Origin: Candidatus Dojkabacteria bacterium
GTDB lineage: Bacteria > Patescibacteriota > Dojkabacteria > JAFGLO01
Direction: 5' to 3'
NCBI GenBank assembly: GCA_016927995.1
Contig: JAFGLO010000004.1
Coordinates: forward strand, 64,955 to 128,954
Length of the DNA stretch: 64,000 bases
This document shows positions 38,765 through 48,186 of the stretch, piece by piece (positions within the stretch are counted from its first letter, which is position 1; the number at the start of each line of letters is the position of its first letter). The notes beneath the pieces are model-generated. The model was given only the letters and a program-made list of their open reading frames with translations, did no database searches and was not told the origin of the DNA. The position numbers were made by a program, and so were the translations under genes.

Positions 38765-41458
38765 TTATTTTTCTTCAGGTTCTTCAATATTTTCCTCTAC
38801 AACGGCCAACGAAGCAACCTTATCGCCGGAATCGAGCTTCATAATGCGAACACCCTGAGTAATTCGATTAAGTGTTGGAATCTTGGTAATTCCAATTCGG
38901 ATAAGTACACCTTTTTCTGAAACAACCATAATTTCGGATTCGCCGTTGGAAATAATTCTAGTTTCGGCAACTTTTCCGGTCTTTGTAGTAATCTCCATGG
39001 TTTTTACACCTTTGCCACCACGTTTTTGGGTAGGATAGTTGGTAAGTGAGGTAAATTTACCGTAACCATTATCTGAAATAATAAGGTTTCTACCGTCAGG
39101 TGAGGGAATAACATCCATGCTAACAACAAAATCGCTATCGCTTGCAAATTTAATACCTGTAACACCTTTAGTATTTCTTCCTGTTGATTTAACGTCGGTT
39201 TCTTTGAACTGAATTGATTTTCCTTCACGAGTTATAAGCATAATATTGTCTTTACCGCTTGTGGATTTAACATACGAAAGCTCATCACCCGTGTTTAGTG
39301 AAATCGCAATAAGTCCGCTAGCACGAATTTTGTCAAATTCCGAAAGCTTAGTTTTTTTAACAATACCTTGTTTGGTTGACATAATAAAGTATTTTTGGGA
39401 TTTGTCTGATGTGCGCTTAGGAAGAACGGCTGTTACCTTTTCGTCGGCATCGATCTGAATAAAGTTGACAATAGGAATACCTTTGGCTTGTTTTCCATAT
39501 TCCGGAATATCATATGCCTTAACCACAAAAACTTTACCTTTGCTTGTGAAAAACATTATGGAATCGTGGGTTTCACACATGAACAATTCTTTTACAAAGT
39601 CGCCGTCTTTGGTCTTTGCTGCAACAGAGCCTTTCCCGCCACGCTTTTGAGTGCGGTAAGTATTAGGATTTGTACGTTTAATATATCCAAGACTGCTTAG
39701 AGCTATAATTGTTGGCTCATTTGTAACCAAATCCTCTTCCGAGAAATCATCAACTCCGCCGGCAACAATTTTGGTTCTGCGAGCATCGCCGTACTTTTCT
39801 TTAAGTGACAAGAGATCGGCTTTAATTGTTGATAGGATTTTATCGTTACTTTCGAGAAGTGCAATTATATCTTTAATGTTTTTTTGGACTTCTTTGTATT
39901 CATCCTCGATTTTTTGACGTTCAAGTGCGGCAAGTCGCCTAAGTTGCATGTCCAAAATGGCCTGAGCTTGAACTTCGGTAAGCTTGAACTTAGTAATAAG
40001 GTTAACTTTTGCGTCTTCCTGGTTTTTTGAAGCACGAATGGTTGCAATGACTTCATCAAGAAAATCAAGTGCAATTTTTAATCCTTCAAGAATATGTTCT
40101 CGATATCGAGCCTGTGATAGATTAAACTCATTTTTACGAATTGTAACGACAATTCTGTGAGTTAGGTACTGTTCCAAGATTTCGCGCAAAGTTAAGGTTC
40201 TTGGTTCACCATCGACAAGTGCAATCATGTTGGCGTTAAAGGCCTTTTGCATGTCGGTGTATTTAAAGAGCTTGTTTAATACTGTTTGTGGGTTACTGTT
40301 TCGTGAAAGCTCTACAACAACTCTAATTCCGTCTTTTGTCGATTCATCACGGAGTCCTGAGATTCCTTTGATTTTTCCGAGCTTTACAAGACTTGCAATC
40401 TTTTCTATTAGGAATGCTTTGTTTGTTTGGAATGGAAGTTCTGTAATAATAATTGCAAATTTGCCACCTTTTAATTCTTCAATATCGGCCTTGGCCCGCA
40501 TAAGTACACGGCCACGACCGGTTGCGTACATTTCGGCCATCTCTTTTTTATTGTAAGCGATTCCGTAGGTTGGGAAATCAGGTCCTTTAACAAATTTCAT
40601 TAGTTCCTCGACGGTAATCTCACTTCTGAATGTCGGATAAAGAACTTCACCTTCGTTTAAGGTTGCTCCTTCCAGATAGTTTTCAAAACAGCTCTCGGGT
40701 TGATTGGAAAGTACTCTAGGGATCTTTTCGGCGTTTTCCTTTTCGTGGCGGAGTCTATTATATGCAGGCTTGCCACTCCACTTGTTACCTAAGTCAACCA
40801 TGTTAATTAGAGCGTCGGTAATTTCAGAAAGATTGTGAGGTGGAATTTTTGTTGCCATACCTACGGCAATTCCTTCGGCACCATTACAGATTAGTCCTGG
40901 AAATAGTCCCGGAAGTACGCTTGGTTCTTTAAGCCGGGCATCGTAGTTGGGTTGATATGAAACGGCACCTTTTTCTAAATCTTCTAGAAGTGCAACTGTG
41001 TATCGGGTCATTTTGGCCTCGGTATAACGCATATGAGCAGCAGGATCGCCGTCGATCGAACCAAAGTTTCCTTGGCCAAAGACTAGCTGATATCTGGTAC
41101 TAAAGTCTTGTGCCATGTTTACTAGTGTTCCATAAGCTGCCGCATCACCGTGTGGGTGATAGTTTCCTGTGGCGTCTCCAATGATTTTTGCACATTTAAT
41201 GTAATGACCTGTCGGAGTCAGGTTAAGATCGTTCATTGCTACAAGTATTCTACGCTGGGAAGGTTTAAGTCCATCACGTACATCGGGAAGGGCACGGGCT
41301 ACAATAACACTCATAGAATAGTCGATGTAGCTTTTCTTCATCTCATCAACTATATTAGTTTCGATAACGGCACCTCGACTTTGTGATTTTATCGGTTCGT
41401 TGGTTTTAGTTTTGGAGGTTGATTCGGCTAAAGGCTTATCTGTTTGTACTTCTGCCAT
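38765..41458 (-). CDS. gyrA: DNA gyrase subunit A
   Basis: The SVIVARALPDVRDGLKPSQRR segment, HPHGD and the active-site Tyr region. The C-terminal beta-pinwheel has two QKRGGKG GyrA-box-like repeats. An extra insert of about 60 aa (NKWSGKPAY...) lies in the N-terminal domain. Confidence 0.95.
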   Translation of the reverse strand: MAEVQTDKPLAESTSKTKTNEPIKSQSRGAVIETNIVDEMKKSYIDYSMSVIVARALPDVRDGLKPSQRRILVAMNDLNLTPTGHYIKCAKIIGDATGNYHPHGDAAAYGTLVNMAQDFSTRYQLVFGQGNFGSIDGDPAAHMRYTEAKMTRYTVALLEDLEKGAVSYQPNYDARLKEPSVLPGLFPGLICNGAEGIAVGMATKIPPHNLSEITDALINMVDLGNKWSGKPAYNRLRHEKENAEKIPRVLSNQPESCFENYLEGATLNEGEVLYPTFRSEITVEELMKFVKGPDFPTYGIAYNKKEMAEMYATGRGRVLMRAKADIEELKGGKFAIIITELPFQTNKAFLIEKIASLVKLGKIKGISGLRDESTKDGIRVVVELSRNSNPQTVLNKLFKYTDMQKAFNANMIALVDGEPRTLTLREILEQYLTHRIVVTIRKNEFNLSQARYREHILEGLKIALDFLDEVIATIRASKNQEDAKVNLITKFKLTEVQAQAILDMQLRRLAALERQKIEDEYKEVQKNIKDIIALLESNDKILSTIKADLLSLKEKYGDARRTKIVAGGVDDFSEEDLVTNEPTIIALSSLGYIKRTNPNTYRTQKRGGKGSVAAKTKDGDFVKELFMCETHDSIMFFTSKGKVFVVKAYDIPEYGKQAKGIPIVNFIQIDADEKVTAVLPKRTSDKSQKYFIMSTKQGIVKKTKLSEFDKIRASGLIAISLNTGDELSYVKSTSGKDNIMLITREGKSIQFKETDVKSTGRNTKGVTGIKFASDSDFVVSMDVIPSPDGRNLIISDNGYGKFTSLTNYPTQKRGGKGVKTMEITTKTGKVAETRIISNGESEIMVVSEKGVLIRIGITKIPTLNRITQGVRIMKLDSGDKVASLAVVEENIEEPEEK

Positions 41459-41589
41459 TTGCTGATTGTGGTAAGTTTATATGAATGTATACTCGTTATT
41501 GACTGGTCATTGTAGCACAATTAAGGTCCCTGGTAAACATGGAGCAACTAGTACTTGCATAAATATCTAAGATGCGGAAAAATTAGAGT

Positions 41590-41784
41590 ATGAAATATGA
41601 TTATGTCTGCCAGTCGTGTAAGCATGAATTCGAAGTAGAGCTTAAGCTTTCTGAGCTTGGTAAGAAAAAAATTGTGTGTCCAAAGTGCAAAAGTCCTGAC
41701 TGCAAAAAGATAATAAAACCAGTTAGTATAGGAAGCAGCGGTTGTAGTGGAGCTTGTGCAACATGTCCTGGTTGCGGACACTAA
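41590..41784 (+). CDS. FmdB-family zinc-ribbon protein
   Basis: MKYDYVCQSCKHEFE...CPKCKS...CPGCG matches the FmdB regulatory zinc-ribbon pattern. It is 64 aa. Confidence 0.7.
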   Translation: MKYDYVCQSCKHEFEVELKLSELGKKKIVCPKCKSPDCKKIIKPVSIGSSGCSGACATCPGCGH

Positions 41785-41808
41785 AATCAATAAATTAAAA
41801 AACATATA

Positions 41809-42729
41809 ATGTCAGCGCAAACTTATGATCTTATAATAATAGGCGCGGGTCCGGCGGGATATACCGCATCGGTGTATTCATCCCGCTATCGAATTAGTAA
41901 TGTAGTAATAGGCTCTATTCCCGGCGGGCTTGCAACAGAAGCTCACAATGTGTGCAATTTCCCAACAGAAAAAAGCATATCAGGAATTGGGCTTATGCAA
42001 AAAATGAAAGAGGTTGTGGAGAATAATGCAGCTGAGATTGTGATTGATGAAGTTATTTCAATAGAAAAAGAGACCGAGTGCTTTGTTGTAAAAACAGGTT
42101 TGGGAAAAGAATATACTTCAAAGGCAGTGCTAATTGCTACTGGAACATATCATAAAAAACTTGGTATTAAGGGCGAGCTAAGTCTTGTGGGAAAAGGCGT
42201 TAGCTACTGTGCCACCTGTGATGGTCCATTTTACAAAGATAAAATTGTAGGAGTAATTGGTGGAGCCAACGCAGCAAACATGGCAAGTTTGTATTTGTCC
42301 GGAGTTGCTAAGAAAGTCTATCAGTTTGTGCGAAGCACCCAAAAGGGTGATCAGGTTTTAATCGATTCCATAAATAAAAAAGAAAATATTGAAGTGCTAT
42401 TAAAAACCGAGGTTGAAGTTGTCTTGGGAGAAGATAAAGTTACAGGTGTTAGGCTTGCGTCACCTCATGATGGGCAGAGCGAAATTCTGCTAGACGGTAT
42501 ATTTATCGAGGTTGGAACCACACCTGCTACAGCATTTACTCAAGGGCTAGGGCTTAGTGTTGATTTGGATGGATATATTGTAGTCAAACCTGATCAGGCA
42601 ACCAATGTGGATGGAATTTGGGCTGCCGGCGATATAACTACAAATTCAAATAAGTATCATCAAATCATCACGGCTTGTAGCGAAGGCGCTATTGCCGCGA
42701 GTAGCATTGCCCAATGGATTCGTAAATGA
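41809..42729 (+). CDS. trxB: Thioredoxin-disulfide reductase
   Basis: The FAD-binding segment YDLIIIGAGPAGYTA, the redox-active CATCDG, and the NAD(P)-binding segment GGANAA. It is 306 aa. Confidence 0.9.
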   Translation: MSAQTYDLIIIGAGPAGYTASVYSSRYRISNVVIGSIPGGLATEAHNVCNFPTEKSISGIGLMQKMKEVVENNAAEIVIDEVISIEKETECFVVKTGLGKEYTSKAVLIATGTYHKKLGIKGELSLVGKGVSYCATCDGPFYKDKIVGVIGGANAANMASLYLSGVAKKVYQFVRSTQKGDQVLIDSINKKENIEVLLKTEVEVVLGEDKVTGVRLASPHDGQSEILLDGIFIEVGTTPATAFTQGLGLSVDLDGYIVVKPDQATNVDGIWAAGDITTNSNKYHQIITACSEGAIAASSIAQWIRK

Positions 42730-42751
42730 TTTTTTTATTTTTTTATTTTAC

Positions 42752-43338
42752 GTAGGGACAGGTCTAGACCGGCAGGGGGTCCAGAGAGTGCTTACCAATA
42801 TGTCCTTTGTGCTTTTGCACGTTAAAGTATATGTAATTACGAACACGTTGTAGATCTCTTTCATTCCGAATAATATGGTCGTAAAAAGATCTTTGCCATT
42901 CGAATCTGCCGGGAAACCTCTTGTTTATCCTCCATGATGAGTTCGATTTAAATCCTCTCATGATTTCAGACAAGTTTTTTTCTGGTTCAATCAGGTGAAT
43001 TATCCCATGCAAATGGTCTGGCATTACAATGAAGGCATCCAAATCTATTCCGGAATAATGAACAGGTAAGTCATGCCAACAACCCAATATGATTGCGCCT
43101 AAGTCACTTAAGACAAACATATTTCTCTTAATCTTGCCTAGGATCTGGGGCCTTGTCTTTACTACCGTTGTAATAAAGTAAAATCCTGGTGTTTTGTAGT
43201 CGTATCCTTTAAGCCGTTGTCTTTTCCTTCCTTTTTCTTCCATACTTAACATTAACACACCCGCACCCCCATATGGAAGAAACCAAGTTGGCATAATGTG
43301 AATTTAATACCCCTGTCGGTCTAGACCTGTCCCTACTG
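42752..43338. mobile_element. RAYT/IS200-like unit: a HuH Y1 transposase gene flanked by inverted 27-bp REP-like repeats
   Basis: Left repeat GTAGGGACAGGTCTAGACCGGCAGGGGG at 42752-42779. Right repeat, as reverse complement, GTAGGGACAGGTCTAGACCGACAGGGGT at 43311-43338. This is a 27/28 match. Each contains the palindrome GGTCTAGACC. Confidence 0.75.
42764..43294 (-). CDS. tnpA: IS200/IS605-family or REP-associated tyrosine transposase (HuH, Y1)
   Basis: HuH motif DHLHGIIHL, the N-terminal YDYKTPGFYFITT segment, and the C-terminal WQRSFYDHIIR...YIYFNVQKH segment with a candidate catalytic Tyr. It is 176 aa. Confidence 0.78.
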   Translation of the reverse strand: MPTWFLPYGGAGVLMLSMEEKGRKRQRLKGYDYKTPGFYFITTVVKTRPQILGKIKRNMFVLSDLGAIILGCWHDLPVHYSGIDLDAFIVMPDHLHGIIHLIEPEKNLSEIMRGFKSNSSWRINKRFPGRFEWQRSFYDHIIRNERDLQRVRNYIYFNVQKHKGHIGKHSLDPLPV

Positions 43339-43370
43339 GTCAGCATTTTGCGATTACTATATAATGAGTC

Positions 43371-44033
43371 ATGAGCAAAATTCTTAAGGTTATGCTTACA
43401 GCAGCTTTGTTTTTTCGTGTTTTTACATCCTTCGCTTATGCTTCCGGAGGAAGCAGTTTACCCAGTGTTGCATTTTCTCCCGGAAGTGGATTCACAGGAG
43501 TAGGTGAGGAGTTTTGGGTTGACATTCTGGTAAATACTGCGGGGCAGAATTCGTTATCCACGAGAGTTGTATTTGAATTCGATCCTTCATATTTCGAGGT
43601 TACAAAGGTTGAACGAACCAATATGTACTGTAACTATCCTACCGGGGCCGCAGAGTATGGTGTATCAAATGATAGTGGATATGTTATTATTACTGGATAT
43701 TGCTCTTCTTCCTATACAAATACCAGTGTTCCAGAGCGGTTTGCAACCGTATATTTTAGAGCTTTAAGAATTGGTGACACCAATCTAAATTTTCGATATA
43801 ACGGAGCTGATTCACCTGGAAATACAGTCATTTATGGAACAGGTAGTCCGCCTGCAAACATTCTAACAGTTGCTCCTTCGGTTGGATCTTACAAAATTGT
43901 TACAGACATAAGTGGATACACTCAAAGTTCTCCTTCTACCGGAGTTGTTGACTATGTTTTTGCCGGGGTATCGGTTCTTGTAATTGGTGGTGGTATTTTT
44001 GTATACTTTAGGAATAGAAAAAAACTTAAATAA
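43371..44033 (+). CDS. Secreted protein with a C-terminal TM anchor and basic tail
   Basis: Signal peptide, a beta-rich Ser/Thr/Gly-rich domain, and the C-terminus GVSVLVIGGGIFVYFRNRKKLK. Confidence 0.5.
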   Translation: MSKILKVMLTAALFFRVFTSFAYASGGSSLPSVAFSPGSGFTGVGEEFWVDILVNTAGQNSLSTRVVFEFDPSYFEVTKVERTNMYCNYPTGAAEYGVSNDSGYVIITGYCSSSYTNTSVPERFATVYFRALRIGDTNLNFRYNGADSPGNTVIYGTGSPPANILTVAPSVGSYKIVTDISGYTQSSPSTGVVDYVFAGVSVLVIGGGIFVYFRNRKKLK

Positions 44034-44047
44034 TTTAATATATTAAT

Positions 44048-44482
44048 GTGTTGAAAAAATACGTTTTATATTTTCTAACAAGTATTACGTCGGCTTGGAT
44101 AATAAATTCAGTGCTTTCCGGAATTATTATTGCAAATCAGGCAACGCTTTTTCTTGTTGCACTTTTAATTACTGCGGCAATCTGGCTTACCGAGTATGTT
44201 TACAGCCAGTTAAAAAAGAAAAATCTGTTAATTTTTCTCTTAATGGGGACGCTTATTGGATTTTTTGTGATTTATATTGGAACGCTTTTGTTTGACGGTT
44301 TTGCATTTACCGGAGGCTCACTTGCGCCTTTGGATCTTGCAATCCTCGAGACTCCTTCTATTCGAAGTGTTGACAGCGTTCTTACACTACTACTTGCCTC
44401 GTTTATTTTTACAATTATTGCATTTGTGACTAAGTGGGCAAGTACGGGTGAAGGCAAAAAGAAAGAGAGTAGCAAGGAATAG
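44048..44482 (+). CDS. Hypothetical membrane protein (4 TM)
   Basis: Hydropathy only. Confidence 0.45.
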   Translation: MLKKYVLYFLTSITSAWIINSVLSGIIIANQATLFLVALLITAAIWLTEYVYSQLKKKNLLIFLLMGTLIGFFVIYIGTLLFDGFAFTGGSLAPLDLAILETPSIRSVDSVLTLLLASFIFTIIAFVTKWASTGEGKKKESSKE

Positions 44483-44505
44483 ATAACAAGAAACTGTAAT
44501 CTGTG

Positions 44506-44531
44506 TGCGGCGGGCCGATTGGCCCGCCGCA
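44506..44531. terminator. Bidirectional intrinsic terminator hairpin between convergent genes
   Basis: TGCGGCGGGCC-GATT-GGCCCGCCGCA forms a perfect 11-bp GC-rich stem with A/T-rich flanks on both sides. Confidence 0.6.
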
Positions 44532-44540
44532 TATTAACCA

Positions 44541-45311
44541 TTATTCGAGATCCAGGTAATCAATCATTAACCCATCCGCAACAGCAATATCTTCAGAATT
44601 TCCATTGAACACATAAGTTTCTAAACCTATTGTTGCCATAATATAGTTAGGTTGACCAACTGTTCCAAGACACATATCTGTCTCAGTGAATCTGTAAGGG
44701 GTGTAGGTCCAGTTGCCAGCACTTTCTGAACGAACTAATCCCACATGGTCCTCACCTTTTGATTCGAATACAATTGTGTACTCGGAGATATCCTTTTCCA
44801 AAATGTCGCATTGAAACCCTATTGGACCAACTACATGTAAAGACCTTTCTTCTATATAAAGTTCCGATTCTCCATTAGAAAGCCTGACCACACTTTTATC
44901 ATGAATTGGGTATATTCCTTCGACATCACAACCATCTTCAGATTGCTTACAAAGAGGGGCGAAGAAGCTGATGCCTTGTTCTTGGGGAATTCGGGCATCA
45001 AGCTGTAAAACGTTTACAGTTACCTCTGTAACCTGCCAGCTTGCAGGTACTTTTATTTGCTTGTCATTTGGTAGTTTTAATGTATATGATGTACTTAACG
45101 ATTCGATATTTTCATCGGTAATCGTTTCCTCTTTTTCAGTTCCTGTGCCATTGTTGTTCGAGGAGAACAAGGTGTTTACTACCGGAGTCTTATTCTCGAT
45201 AAACAGTCCGGTAGCAATACCTAAGAAGAGCACAGTAATCATTGACAATGCAATGACTAACCCTTTGTTTTTAACCATTTTAAGTTTTGTAAATTTATGT
45301 TGGTTATGCAT
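44541..45311 (-). CDS. Hypothetical secreted or membrane-anchored protein
   Basis: An N-terminal hydrophobic helix follows a Lys-rich start. The ectodomain is about 230 aa. Confidence 0.5.
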   Translation of the reverse strand: MHNQHKFTKLKMVKNKGLVIALSMITVLFLGIATGLFIENKTPVVNTLFSSNNNGTGTEKEETITDENIESLSTSYTLKLPNDKQIKVPASWQVTEVTVNVLQLDARIPQEQGISFFAPLCKQSEDGCDVEGIYPIHDKSVVRLSNGESELYIEERSLHVVGPIGFQCDILEKDISEYTIVFESKGEDHVGLVRSESAGNWTYTPYRFTETDMCLGTVGQPNYIMATIGLETYVFNGNSEDIAVADGLMIDYLDLE

Positions 45312-45693
45312 AGTAATACGAACGATATAAAAAAAAGTAACAGTACTTTCCTCGCTATTATGGGTTGAATACTTCTGTGTGAACTCGCAGGGGGATTGAA
45401 TAATCGAGCCTTAAGATTGGTAGTTGGAGCTCTCGGAGAAGGGCTTTTGGTTTCTGCAAAGAGTCTAAACCGATTAGTGAAGTTTTACTTAATTGGTCAA
45501 CGTGAAGGAATAGATATGGAAGAAGCTCTTGATGAGCGTTTTGCAAGACTAAGAAGACTTTATCAAAGTTCCCTGCAGGCGGTTGATTAGCTCATTCTCT
45601 TGTAGATCGACAAAGGATTTCCAACACAAGCTACCGGCTAAATACTACTTCACCGTACAAGTCCGAGACATGTCTGTACTATTTCACTACTTA

Positions 45694-46371
45694 CTATCCT
45701 CTTCTTGGAACATAAGGAATAATCTTTTTTGCAAGTTCCATAATGGGCATGCTTTGTAGCCATACTTTGCCTGGACCCTTTACTGTTGCCAAAAACAAGC
45801 CTTCACCACCAAACAAAATGTTTTTAAATCCTTTAACCATTTGAATGTCTGCAGTTACACTGTCTTCATATGCGGCAATATATCCGGTATCGACTAGTAG
45901 TTCTTCTCCTTCTGTTAAGAGACGTTCTTCAACTGATCCTGCAACTTCGATAAAAGCTTTGCCTTTGCCTGATAATTTTTGAAGGATAAAGCCTTCACCG
46001 CCTAAAAGTCCCATTCCAAAACGTTTTGTTAAGTGAACGGATAGTTCTACTGTATTTTCTGCAACCATGAATGCATCTTTCTGTGTAATTATACTGTTAC
46101 CTGATAAATCAAATTCAATAATTTGTCCTGGAAATTCCGAGGTAAAGGCAATTTCTGCGTCATCTGCTTCAGACGTGAAGGTTGCCAAAAACATACTTTC
46201 TCCGCTAAATGCTCGACCGATTGCACTCATAACACCGCCTCGCATATTTGTTTCCATTTTAATTTGTGGACTCATCCAGGCCATTCCGCCCTTTTCGGAA
46301 AACACGGATTCTCCTTTTGAGAGTTTCATTACAATGTATGGGAGATTTCCACCTTTTATTTCGTACTTCAT
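45694..46371 (-). CDS. AIM24/DUF124 (TIGR00266) family protein
   Basis: MKYEIKGGNLPYIVMKL...GEGFILQKLSGKGKAFIE...GEGLFLATVKGPGKVWLQS fits the AIM24 repeat pattern. The C-terminal codons overlap one of the intergenic repeat modules. Confidence 0.72.
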   Translation of the reverse strand: MKYEIKGGNLPYIVMKLSKGESVFSEKGGMAWMSPQIKMETNMRGGVMSAIGRAFSGESMFLATFTSEADDAEIAFTSEFPGQIIEFDLSGNSIITQKDAFMVAENTVELSVHLTKRFGMGLLGGEGFILQKLSGKGKAFIEVAGSVEERLLTEGEELLVDTGYIAAYEDSVTADIQMVKGFKNILFGGEGLFLATVKGPGKVWLQSMPIMELAKKIIPYVPRRG

Positions 46372-46439
46372 TTTTTGTTATGTAAAAAATTATCAGATTT
46401 TAGTATAGCACAAATTTTACTTCTCATAGTGATCCTGTT

Positions 46440-46795
46440 GCTATAGTCTCTTGCTTGCTAGTCTATTCACTATTTCACTGCTTAAGTTTCCCTCGATTCC
46501 TATGTTCATCGGAAGCCATTTGCTTATTTTGCCTTTTTGCTAAAGCGATTTCTTCTTCTCACACTAGCTTTTCGGTGATTACTTGACTGTTTTACTACTT
46601 CACTACTTCACTGTTTCACTACGTTACTGCTTCACTGCTTAAGCTTCCGTTGATTCCTATGTTCGAAGTGAACCCTTTATCTGTTTTGCCTTTGTGTTAA
46701 AGCTTGCCACTTCTCTCATAGGTATCTTCCGGAGTGTATTACTTCACTGTTTCACTACTTTACTGTTTAAGGTATACTAAAGTAAGACTTAGTTT
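46440..46795. repeat. Largest cluster of the modular intergenic repeat family (two back-to-back modules)
   Basis: On the opposite strand it reads GGTTCACTTCGAACATAGGAATCAACGGAAGCTTAAGCAGTGAAG and CTCCGGAAGATACCTATGAGAGAAGTGGCAAGC. These are flanked by 8-bp periodic arrays (cttcacta-cttcactg-tttcacta-cgttactg-cttcactg). Confidence 0.8.
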
Positions 46796-46809
46796 ATGTT
46801 TATTTTAGA

Positions 46810-48129
46810 ATGGCACCGGTAACAATAAAAGATATAATTCCCAGGCAGATTATTGATTCCCGAGGTAATCCCACCGTCGAGGTTGACTTAATTTTAACCG
46901 ACGGATCGTTTCATAGAGCATCGGTTCCTAGTGGTGCATCTACCGGGACTCACGAGGTTGTAGAGCTTCGTGATACTAATGATCCCAAACGGTACCACGG
47001 TAAAGGTGTATTACAAGCATGTGTAAATGCCGAGGTCTTAATAGGTCCGCAAATTATGGGACTTGATCCAAGGCTTCAAAAACAAATCGATGAAAGCATC
47101 AGAGCTTCCGATGGAACCGAAAATTTTTCAAATATTGGAGCTAATGCAGCTTTGGCTGTGTCTATTGCAGTTTTAAAGGCAGGTGCATATTTAGAGAATG
47201 TACCCTTATATAGATACATAATGAAAATATTAAAAGATGAATATGGGCTGGCTTATCCTCCCAATCTGATATTTCCGACACCAATGTTCAATGTATTTAA
47301 CGGAGGTGCCCATGCCGATAACAATATTGCAATACAAGAATTCATGATAATTCCATCCGGTATTCCTGACATAAGGGAAAAGATAAGAGCAGGTGCCGAA
47401 ATTTTTCAAACGTTATTAAAGCTTCTTAGCAATCAAAAAATCGATACAGATGTAGGAAATGAAGGTGGTTTTGCTCCCGATCTTCCATCAGACGTTGAAG
47501 CAATGGAGCTCCTAATTAAAGCAATCGAAACATCGGGATACACTCCAGGTGATCAAGTAAATATTGGGCTTGATGTTGCTATATCACAATACTACGATGT
47601 CGAAAGAAAGTGGTATAAGTTGCCACATCAGCTTGTGAATGGAAAGGTGACAAATGTTGAAGGAACCTTTCAGGACGTTGTGGCCTATTACACAATGCTT
47701 TTAGATAAATACCCAATTCTTATTTTGGAGGATGGGTTTCACGAGGATGATTGGGAGGGCTTTGCAACTCTCAAACCAATTATGGATGTTAAAAATCGCT
47801 ACTGTATGGGAGATGATCTTACTGTCACTAATGTTGACCGAATTCAGAAGGGTATTGATACAAACGCAATTAACTCGATAATTATTAAGCCAAATCAGAT
47901 AGGCACGATAACCGGCGTATTCGAAGCTATAAAACTTTGCAAGGACAATGACATAAAAATTGCGACCTCACACAGATCCGGGGAAACTGTCGACACTACA
48001 ATTTCACATATTGCAGTAGGAGGTCAGACCACATTTATAAAAGCCGGTGCACCTAGTCGGTCCGAACGTGCCGAGAAATATAACGAGCTTTTGCGCATGA
48101 TTACACCGGATATGGTGATTAAGAGATAA
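46810..48129 (+). CDS. eno: Enolase
   Basis: N-terminal IIDSRGNPTVEVDL, the KPNQIGT and SHRSGETED-like motifs (as SHRSGETVDT). It is 439 aa. Confidence 0.97.
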   Translation: MAPVTIKDIIPRQIIDSRGNPTVEVDLILTDGSFHRASVPSGASTGTHEVVELRDTNDPKRYHGKGVLQACVNAEVLIGPQIMGLDPRLQKQIDESIRASDGTENFSNIGANAALAVSIAVLKAGAYLENVPLYRYIMKILKDEYGLAYPPNLIFPTPMFNVFNGGAHADNNIAIQEFMIIPSGIPDIREKIRAGAEIFQTLLKLLSNQKIDTDVGNEGGFAPDLPSDVEAMELLIKAIETSGYTPGDQVNIGLDVAISQYYDVERKWYKLPHQLVNGKVTNVEGTFQDVVAYYTMLLDKYPILILEDGFHEDDWEGFATLKPIMDVKNRYCMGDDLTVTNVDRIQKGIDTNAINSIIIKPNQIGTITGVFEAIKLCKDNDIKIATSHRSGETVDTTISHIAVGGQTTFIKAGAPSRSERAEKYNELLRMITPDMVIKR

Positions 48130-48186
48130 AAAATGATCTTTGTAACGTTTATTTATGCTTTATTTGCAGTGCTAATACAGATGCAT

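Noticed and set aside
39004-40556. Several 60-110-aa ORFs on the plus strand within the gyrA region
   Set aside because: All are antisense to gyrA and have no motifs. They are artefacts of a long gene on the opposite strand.
45396-45590. 64-aa ORF with TTG start
   Set aside because: The GGGGG tract abuts the start codon, which is too close for a Shine-Dalgarno sequence. No homolog-like motifs, and the 3' end is repeat-derived. Treated as non-coding.
45390-45700. tmRNA-like 5' end (GGGGGAUUGAAUAAUCGAG)
   Set aside because: No matching tRNA-like 3' end (T-arm / ...CCACCA-type acceptor) occurs before the AIM24 gene, and no tag-peptide frame is evident. The resemblance is limited to about 20 nt.
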